Below are positions 57,127 through 64,000 of a stretch of DNA of 64,000 nucleotides, in pieces. Position numbers and translations under genes: made by a program. This stretch comes from an uncultured Acidobacteriota bacterium. Lineage in GTDB: Bacteria; Acidobacteriota; UBA6911. The DNA lies in contig CAVRAD010000001.1 in NCBI GenBank assembly GCA_963718845.1, positions 47,434 to 111,433 of the forward strand, written 5' to 3'. The notes beneath the pieces were generated by a model, which saw only the letters and a program-made list of their open reading frames with translations, ran no database searches and was not told the DNA's origin. Numbering within the stretch: the first letter of the stretch is position 1; each line of letters opens with the position of its first letter.

Positions 57127-57207
57127 GTCTTCTCCTTATTCAGGCAAAGGGTTTTCATCTGTTCAGCGCATGGAATTCTGACATGATTCCCCGGATGCGA
57201 GTTAAGC

Positions 57208-58944
57208 CTAATTCACTGAATACGCCGACAATTCTTTTTCATTCTTAAAGTTAAATATCCGACCTGAAATTTCATCTATTTCATAATCCGGTTCCTTGTC
57301 CTTGAACATGATCTGCCGTTCAGCCTCGCCATTCGCCATATTCACACCGACGATGCCCGCGCCTTTGTCATTTCCTTCTTTCACATCCGTAAGGATATAG
57401 GTGTAGAGAGAGGAAGCTTTGGTGGCGGAATAGCGCTTGCTGCTGAATGCAGAATAGTTCTGGATCAGGTTTGCGCGGTTTTGGTTGGCCCAACTGTTTT
57501 CCATCGTGCCGGCGTAGCTATTGGCAGCCTGCGCCGTTGAAGCCGCATAGGCAGCCGCCGTGATCGCTCCCATCACAATTTTTTGCCAGCCTGCCACTCC
57601 GGGAGCTTCATATTGTACGGACCAGACGATCTGCTGTGTTTGAGGGGCGAAAGCAAGAAGATGCTGTTTCCCTTGAACTACGGCGATATCGTTTTTCTGC
57701 ATCGTAATCGCCACCGGAGCATCGTCGCTTCCGCCGCCCTTGGAGCTCAAACCGCGGATCCCGCCAAGAGCGAAACGGCTGGCTCCGGCGGCGATAGCTC
57801 CGGCTCCAATCTTCTTCTTGAATTCCAATTTGACTTTGAACTTTTCTTTGATGTCTCCCTTGCCATTCATGTCGAGACCGATCAGGTTTTTCGCATCCGC
57901 TATCAGGACGGTGGCGATGCCATCCAGAATTACCATATTGGTGATGCTGTCCTTGGCATCGTCGTAGCGCCACAAAACATTTCCCGTTTGCTTGTCCAGG
58001 GTACCCACCCCAAGCGGTTTCTTGAGCTCCCATTCCTTTTTGGTTCGATCGTAAAACTGACCTCCCAGCCGGCCATAGATGACGTCCCCCCGCACTTCCA
58101 TTTCCGCGACAGCGCCGCCAAAATCCTTGGATGTCCACAATAACTGGCCGTTTGATTTGTCAAATGCTTTGAGCTGGCCTTTTGCCGATACGTAGATGAC
58201 ATTGCCGTCTATGATGGATTGCGCATTCCCTCGTTTGAGTTGTCCCTCGGTGACATCATAGGCAGACTTCCAGATCAGTTTCCCCGAGGTGATGTCAAAC
58301 ACATGCATTCCGGCGTAGCTGAAATAGAGTGCTTTGTCGTCATGAAGCGGAGGTTGATGGCCGCTCAAGTCGTAGGATTTAATGAAACGGCCTGAAGCTT
58401 CCGCTTCGTGCAAATCCACTTTGTCCTCAAATTCCGATTCCCATGCGATTTTCCCCGTCGCCATGTCGAGCGCCATGATGTCGAGCTTATCCCTGGTTGC
58501 GGAGCGATTGGCGGAAGTGACAACAAGAACCAAATTCTTATCGTAGATCGGCTCGATCTGAACGGTAAATCCTTTGAGCTTGTCCGTGTCCCAAATGGTT
58601 TTTCCCGTCATCACGTCAAGGGCAGAGAGCTTTGTTTTCGACTGTCCGAAACCGCTATTCTCGCTTACCAGCAGGAGCGGTGTTCCTTTGACCTCTTCCG
58701 CCATGGTAGAAGGAACCTTTTTGAGGTCCTCCCTCTTCCATGCCGGCTGGCCGTTCTCCGGATTAAGGCAGAGGATAGCGTCATCGGTTCCCACCAGCAG
58801 AGTCCCCAGGTCCGTCAGCCGGTGCCACCGGACCTCCTGGTCCGATTTATAGGTCCACAGTGCGGAATCCGCGTAAACACCAGTGGACACTGCAAACAAA
58901 AGAAACGAACACAGGGCGATTGTAACAACCCTCGCTTTTTGCAT
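57208..58944 (-). CDS. Secreted PQQ-like / BamB-like beta-propeller repeat protein
   Basis: 578 aa. Signal peptide MQKARVVTIALCSFLLFAVSTGVYA. Recurrent G.(I/L)(I/L)W motifs spaced about 40 aa apart. Confidence 0.7.
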   Translation of the reverse strand: MQKARVVTIALCSFLLFAVSTGVYADSALWTYKSDQEVRWHRLTDLGTLLVGTDDAILCLNPENGQPAWKREDLKKVPSTMAEEVKGTPLLLVSENSGFGQSKTKLSALDVMTGKTIWDTDKLKGFTVQIEPIYDKNLVLVVTSANRSATRDKLDIMALDMATGKIAWESEFEDKVDLHEAEASGRFIKSYDLSGHQPPLHDDKALYFSYAGMHVFDITSGKLIWKSAYDVTEGQLKRGNAQSIIDGNVIYVSAKGQLKAFDKSNGQLLWTSKDFGGAVAEMEVRGDVIYGRLGGQFYDRTKKEWELKKPLGVGTLDKQTGNVLWRYDDAKDSITNMVILDGIATVLIADAKNLIGLDMNGKGDIKEKFKVKLEFKKKIGAGAIAAGASRFALGGIRGLSSKGGGSDDAPVAITMQKNDIAVVQGKQHLLAFAPQTQQIVWSVQYEAPGVAGWQKIVMGAITAAAYAASTAQAANSYAGTMENSWANQNRANLIQNYSAFSSKRYSATKASSLYTYILTDVKEGNDKGAGIVGVNMANGEAERQIMFKDKEPDYEIDEISGRIFNFKNEKELSAYSVN

Positions 58945-59158
58945 GGCAAAAAATCTCCTTGGGCAAATAAAGGAATCCTGAAAATCTGATTCTTAAGGGG
59001 GGTATTTTGATTGTACCAATATCCGGGGCAAAGACAAGGGCCACAACCTGCGGTAAATGAAAATCGCGCAGCAACTGGTATTCCTCGCACATAGCGTGTT
59101 CATTGTAGAACAGAACGTGCCGGTCGAGGCCGCAGCGGCTGTATCAAAACTGGGCACG

Positions 59159-60001
59159 CTACTCGGGGGCGGTATCGGCTTTTTTTTGCCTGAATGCGGG
59201 CAGACAGCGCAACGTTACGGCTAGAAGAACAATGATCCCTCCTAAAACCGCCCATGCGCCCGGTTGTTCCTTGAGCAGCATAAAAACCCAGATGGGGTTT
59301 AGGATGGGTTCAATCACCGGAATCAGCGTGGCTTCAAGCGCAGTTACATGTTTTATGGCTTCGGCGTAAAGGATGTAGGAAAAGCCCAGCTGGAAGACAC
59401 CAAGCAGAACCAGTCCCAGCCAGCCGGCCGCAGTGGGGGAAGAGCGCAGGATGAAGGGGAGTCCGATCAGAAACGCAATGATATTCCCGATGAAAAGGGA
59501 TTCCAGCGGGGAGCCGTCTTTCTGCTTTCTCAAACACAATGCCGTGCCTGCAAATGCGACTCCGCTCAGGATGGCGATAGCGTTTCCCCAAAGGCCGCCA
59601 CTGGACAGGTCATCCAGGAAGAATAGGATCATGCCTCCGAATGCGGCAAAAACGGCTATCAGGTCCGATCTGGAAATGCGTTCTTTTAAAAGCCATGTGC
59701 TGAGCAACGCGACATAAACCGGAGCCGTGTATTGCAGAAGTATCGCATTGGCAGCGGTCGTCCACTTGTTGGCGATGACAAAAAGGATCACGGTGGCGGC
59801 ATAGCACGCTGCGCCGCCCAGCTGGGCCGGACCCAGGTTGAAGTGCATCTTGCGCCGGAAAGCCAACATAACCAGCGCTGCAATCGCGCTGCGCGTCCCG
59901 GCAATAGCAAGCGGATTCCAGGAGACCAGCTTAATCAAGAGACCGCCTGAGCTCCAAAGCAAGGCGGCAACAACGAGAAATAAAACAGCCCGGAATTTCA
60001 T
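59159..60001 (-). CDS. DMT superfamily (EamA-like) transporter
   Basis: Starts MKFRAVLFLVVAALLWSSGG. 10 hydrophobic segments in two EamA-like halves. Confidence 0.8.
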   Translation of the reverse strand: MKFRAVLFLVVAALLWSSGGLLIKLVSWNPLAIAGTRSAIAALVMLAFRRKMHFNLGPAQLGGAACYAATVILFVIANKWTTAANAILLQYTAPVYVALLSTWLLKERISRSDLIAVFAAFGGMILFFLDDLSSGGLWGNAIAILSGVAFAGTALCLRKQKDGSPLESLFIGNIIAFLIGLPFILRSSPTAAGWLGLVLLGVFQLGFSYILYAEAIKHVTALEATLIPVIEPILNPIWVFMLLKEQPGAWAVLGGIIVLLAVTLRCLPAFRQKKADTAPE

Positions 60002-60118
60002 CTGCACTCCGATGCCCACAAACATAAAAACAAATACTACATGCGCGCAACAGCCACAATATCCTACACCTGAACCTTCAAGTCCGATGCCTAGATTTCA
60101 GCTTGCGTCCTGGGAACG

Positions 60119-60332
60119 CCGCCGTCTCGGCAAATGCCGCAAAGTTTTTGGGAGGCGAAGCTTTCGGAGATGGGCGGCCGTTCGCTGCCGCTTTCAATAA
60201 AGAGGTAAAAAACATGGATTTTGAGCGTTTTTAAAAGCGGCAGCGAACAGCCGCCCATCTCCGAAGGCGCCCTGCGGGCGCAAAAAGTATGCGGCATTAG
60301 GTGAGACGCCGGCGCTCCCAGGAATCTAAACT
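60119..60332. repeat. Long REP-like palindrome (ggag.gggcggc...gctgccgcttt family)
   Basis: Arms of about 86 nt at 60119-60204 / 60244-60332. Colinear with the element at 5568-5727. Confidence 0.8.
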
Positions 60333-60499
60333 GTTGGACAACATCTTCAGCCCGGACACTTCATGCGTGAGGACTCGCGGGAAATCACCTTTTGTGGTAC
60401 GTTCACCCCTCACAGGCTGATGAAGGCATGCCCTGTGAAAGGATCGCGTTTGAGACGCAATCCGTGAGCTTTCGTACTCCTTGTGGTGACGGGAAGTCC

Positions 60500-62182
60500 A
60501 TGCGCATTGGTATTGTTCGTACGGTTGGTTCTCCTTGCCGTTGTGCTGAATCTGTGATTTGCGGACTTGAGGCTCTTGGTCACGAAGCGATTCTCGCGGA
60601 CTCCGCGGAGATTGAGGCTCAAGCGATTGCTCTGGCAGAATCGTGCGATCTTGTCATCGACCATACGGACACCTTTCACGGCCGAGGATTGTTCCGCCCG
60701 CTCGTCCGGCTTCTGCTGGAAAATTGCGGAGCCCGGGTTGTGGGATCTGATTCAAGAGCCTGCTTTCTTGCAGACAATAAAGCCATCGCGAAAGCCCGTC
60801 TCGCGGAAGCGGGCATTCCTGTTCCTCCGGGAATCGTGGTCGGTTCAAAGACATGGGAGCTTCCCGCCTGGCTTCGCCCCCCTCTTGTGCTTAAGCCTGC
60901 ATTCGAACACATGAGCCGAGGTGTGCGGGTGGTCCACGCCGAACACGACGCGCATACCGCTGCCGCGCATCTTCTGGAAACGATGCGGCAACCTGTTTTG
61001 GTGGAGTCGTACATCCGCGGACGCGAGCTGGCCGTCTCTCTGCTCGCCGGGCCGGAGGGTGTGCAGATGCTGCCGCCATTGGAATGGGGCATTGACACGG
61101 GTGAAACGGGCATCTTAACGGAAGAATTCAAACTCATGGATCCCGTAGGTGCGAACCGCGGCATCGCGCCGGCCAATCTTGCGCAGGACCTGTATCGTGC
61201 AATCGAGGCCATGGCGCGGCAGGCTTTCGATGTGCTCGGGCTTCGCGATTACGGGCGCTTTGACATCAGGCTTTCTCCGGGTGGAACGCCCTTTTTCCTT
61301 GAGGCTAATACCACGCCAAGCCTGGAACCCCTGGAGGCGTTAGCCGTTTCCGCCCAATGGGCCGGGTTTGAATATCCGGCGCTGGTGGACCGCATGCTTT
61401 CCGCGGCGCGTCATCGCTACCAGTCTTCGCGACCGGCGGAGATAGAGCGTCTTCGTTTTCCTTTTCCCAAGGGAGACATTGAACTGGAAACCCCAGCGGG
61501 TGTTTGGCCGCCTCCCGATTCTTCGATTGAATTGGCTGGACTGCTGGATATTCAGCCCGGGGACAAAGTGCTGGAACTGGGCTGCGGTTCGGGACTGCTT
61601 TCGATCGCGGCCGCAAAACTTGGCGCCGGCCGTGTGGTGGCGACCGATCTGGATTCCCGGGCATTGCGGGCGGCAGAAGGGAACGCGCTGCGGAATGGAG
61701 TGGGCGACAGGATCGAGTTTTATGCCGGTTCCTGGTATGAGGCTTTGGGCAGTGCGGATCCGCGCAGCATTTGTGCGGAACGCTTTGATGTGATCCTGGC
61801 AACTCCTCCACAAACGCCGGGGCTACAGCCGTTCGGCCCGAAATATGGCGGACCGGACGGCACTATAAATCTTTTCAAAATCATCCGGGACGCGCAGGCA
61901 TTTTTAAATCCGGACCGGGGCAGGCTATGGTTGATGGCTATTTCTCTGGCTAATCCCAACGAACTCTGGATTCGCCTTCAAGAGCGTTTTTCCGAAGTGT
62001 CTCTGATCCGTGAAACGGATCGCATTTTTACTGCCGGCGAATACGAAGCAATGCAGCCCGGACTGTTTGAATATTTCTGCAGACTTCGTTCTTCAGGAAA
62101 GGCAAATTTCGCCGACGTTGGAAACGGACGCTACGCCTTCCGCAATCTGTTCATACGAGCGGCTAGGCCACGAGGACTATGA
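60500..62182 (+). CDS. Fusion protein: Ddl-like ATP-grasp ligase (N) + class I SAM-dependent methyltransferase (C)
   Basis: MRIGIV... DNKAIAKARLAEAGIPVPPG, LVLKPAFEHMSRGV, VESYIRGRELAVSLL, FFLEANTTPS. Then VLELGCGSGLLSIAAAKLGAGRVVATDLD and ILATPPQTP. Confidence 0.75.
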   Translation: MRIGIVRTVGSPCRCAESVICGLEALGHEAILADSAEIEAQAIALAESCDLVIDHTDTFHGRGLFRPLVRLLLENCGARVVGSDSRACFLADNKAIAKARLAEAGIPVPPGIVVGSKTWELPAWLRPPLVLKPAFEHMSRGVRVVHAEHDAHTAAAHLLETMRQPVLVESYIRGRELAVSLLAGPEGVQMLPPLEWGIDTGETGILTEEFKLMDPVGANRGIAPANLAQDLYRAIEAMARQAFDVLGLRDYGRFDIRLSPGGTPFFLEANTTPSLEPLEALAVSAQWAGFEYPALVDRMLSAARHRYQSSRPAEIERLRFPFPKGDIELETPAGVWPPPDSSIELAGLLDIQPGDKVLELGCGSGLLSIAAAKLGAGRVVATDLDSRALRAAEGNALRNGVGDRIEFYAGSWYEALGSADPRSICAERFDVILATPPQTPGLQPFGPKYGGPDGTINLFKIIRDAQAFLNPDRGRLWLMAISLANPNELWIRLQERFSEVSLIRETDRIFTAGEYEAMQPGLFEYFCRLRSSGKANFADVGNGRYAFRNLFIRAARPRGL

Positions 62183-63027
62183 AGCGACTTATTGTGAATG
62201 CGGACGATTTGGGTGCCGGCGAATCGAGGAACGCAGGCATCTTCGACGCAATTGAGGCCGGCAGCGTGACAAGCGTCAGCATACTTCCAAACGGCCCGGC
62301 GCTGAAGGATGCGCTGCGCGGAATTCGCGCGCTGCGTTTAAGAAGCGTATCTTTTGGCGTCCACTTCAATATTTCCGAAGGCAAACCGATTGCGTCCGCG
62401 GCGCGTTGCATCCTGGGCCCCGATGGATGTTTTAGGGGAAAGGCGCGCACGCAAAACCTGCTCCTGCGCCGAGAGAACTCAGAACTTGAAAAGGAGATTC
62501 GCAAAGAACTTTCGGCTCAAATTATGTTGATCCAGGATGCAGGCATACCAGTGGATCATCTGGACGGGCATCAACACGTGCATATTTTACCGGCAGTTGT
62601 TCGTGCGGCTGCCGAAGCGGCGATTACGCACGAAATTCCGTGGGTGAGAATTCCTGAAGAGCCGTGTCCGGACTCGGTTTCCGCACATGTGATGGAGGAG
62701 GCCTGTTTTTTCAGCGGGCACGCATCCGCGGCGCGCGCGTTTTATGCGGCCATGGGAATTCATGCGACCGATCATTTTCGGGGTTTGCTGCTAAAAGGAG
62801 AATTGCCGGCTGAAACCTGGTTGGATTTTTTGGAATCCATTCCTGTTGGGCTTACGGAGCTTATGGTTCATCCCGGACGTGCCGCTGCGGCCGACTCCGG
62901 CCCGTTTGCCGGCTTTTCAACGGCGGCCAGAGAAAGGGAACTGACGGCTTTAACCGACGGGCGTTTTCTTGCTGCGCTCTTAAAAGCGCAGGTGTCGCTC
63001 ATCCCGTATCCAAATATTAAGGATTGA
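62179..63027 (+). CDS. YdjC/ChbG-family carbohydrate deacetylase
   Basis: MKRLIVNADDLGAGESRNAGIFDAIEAGSVTSVSILPNG and DHLDGHQHVH are typical of YdjC. ATGA overlap with the upstream gene. Confidence 0.8.
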   Translation: MKRLIVNADDLGAGESRNAGIFDAIEAGSVTSVSILPNGPALKDALRGIRALRLRSVSFGVHFNISEGKPIASAARCILGPDGCFRGKARTQNLLLRRENSELEKEIRKELSAQIMLIQDAGIPVDHLDGHQHVHILPAVVRAAAEAAITHEIPWVRIPEEPCPDSVSAHVMEEACFFSGHASAARAFYAAMGIHATDHFRGLLLKGELPAETWLDFLESIPVGLTELMVHPGRAAAADSGPFAGFSTAARERELTALTDGRFLAALLKAQVSLIPYPNIKD

Positions 63028-63034
63028 GATTTGC

Positions 63035-64000
63035 CATGCGTGTCCTGATTATTGCGCCCAATGTTTTCCCCGGTATATCAGGCAACGCCATCACCGTAGA
63101 GCGATGGCGAAGATTTCTGACCGGCAAAGGGATTATCGTGGAAGTTCTGAACAGCCAAGCGCTGACCGCATCTGCGTTTGTAGCGCACCTGGGGCGATTT
63201 GATCCGAACATAATTCACGTGCATCACGCTTTCCGGGCGGGATCGGTGCTTTTGCATCCTGTCGTCGCGGAAAAACCTGCGCGTTTCTCCCTGGTTGTGT
63301 CTCCCGGAGGAACGGATATTAACCAGGATTTGGAAGTGCCGGAAAGAAGAGATGCGGTCGAACGGGTGTTTCGCATGGCCGGAGCGATTGTCACGCAAAG
63401 CGCAGAAACCGCAGAACGTCTTCTGCGGCACATGCCTGATCTGGATCGTCGGATTGTTCATGTGCCCAAGGCCGTTTGCTGGTTTGGGAATGAATCGTGC
63501 GATCTCAGAAAAATTGCGGGATGCAATGACCGGAATATACTTTTTTTCCTGCCGGCCGGAATCCGGCCGGTGAAGGGAAATCTCGAATGCCTTATGGCTA
63601 TGCAAAAAGTGTATTCGATCCGGCCCCACATCCGTTTTGTTGCGGCAGGACCGGCGATCGATTTGGAATATGCAGATCATTTTGAACGGGAAGTGAAGAA
63701 GCTTTCCGCATTCGCGGTTTGGATAAGCGGCATTCCGCCCGCTGCCATGCGGTCTGCGTACGATGCGTCGGACATTGTTTTGAACTCTTCCTTTTCGGAG
63801 GGGCGCTCCAACTCTCTTCTCGAGGCGGTTGCAAGCGCACGACCGGTTCTGGCATCCAATATCCCGGGGAATCTGTGGCCGGTTTTGGGCGATAGCGGGG
63901 ATGAGCAGACGGGTCTGCTGTACGAGCTTTCGGATGCCGATGATTTTGTGGCAAATGCCGTACGACTGATTGATGACGCTAGCCTCAGAATCCGCTTTGG
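63035..64000 (+). CDS. GT4-family (GT-B, retaining) glycosyltransferase, 3' end beyond the window
   Basis: My own translation from the ATG at 63035 is open to the window end: MRVLIIAPNVFPGISGNAITVERW... SFSEGRSNSLLEAVASARPVLASNIPG (E-x7-E region). Absent from the ORF track because it is unterminated. Confidence 0.75.

Noticed and set aside
1-64000. tRNA, rRNA, tmRNA or riboswitch genes, including a B12 riboswitch near the mutase operon.
   Set aside because: I found no cloverleaf-compatible T-arm/anticodon arrangement or rRNA-like conserved blocks while reading the intergenic regions. I could not recognise a cobalamin-riboswitch core upstream of 36850. This is a by-eye negative and should be confirmed with tRNAscan-SE and Infernal.

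Overview
This is 64 kb of bacterial chromosome, moderately GC-rich. Gene content and repeat style suggest an anaerobic Acidobacteriota- or Desulfobacterota-like organism, but that is a guess. I found no rRNA, tRNA, CRISPR, transposase, integrase or phage genes.

Main blocks:
- 1-12 kb: miscellaneous metabolism. MBL hydrolase, Ser-type arylsulfatase, IPMDH-family dehydrogenase, MFS transporter, Tat cupin, Tat aldo/keto reductase with a C-terminal Fe-S domain, TauE/SafE and a U32 peptidase.
- 12.4-17 kb: two tandem, divergent xanthine-dehydrogenase-family molybdopterin subunits with no Fe-S or FAD partner genes.
- 18.8-25.2 kb: a disrupted orphan glycyl-radical enzyme (GRE) flanked by three paralogous secreted proteins.
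- 25.9-36.9 kb, minus strand: a complete methylmalonyl-CoA / transcarboxylase propionate-pathway operon.
- 37.2-39 kb: a hicAB pair and a decayed aldo/keto reductase (AKR) paralog.
- 39.3-49.8 kb, the most unusual part: a tight six-gene operon. It has two multihaem-c/cytochrome-b fusion proteins (19 and 11 CXXCH), two periplasmic multihaem cytochromes (13 and 12 CXXCH) and two HEAT-repeat proteins.
- 49.9-54.2 kb: an intact GRE with its activase, divergent from a Tat SUOX-fold Mo enzyme.
- 54.7-60 kb: membrane and envelope genes.
- 60.5-64 kb: an ATP-grasp/methyltransferase fusion, a YdjC deacetylase and a GT4 glycosyltransferase.

Intergenic DNA is rich in nested palindromic repeat families and tandem-heptamer hairpins. 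At least 20 apparent single-base frameshifts, several of them at homopolymers, split otherwise recognisable genes. Frameshifted genes are therefore given as joined spans covering several ORF-track entries.
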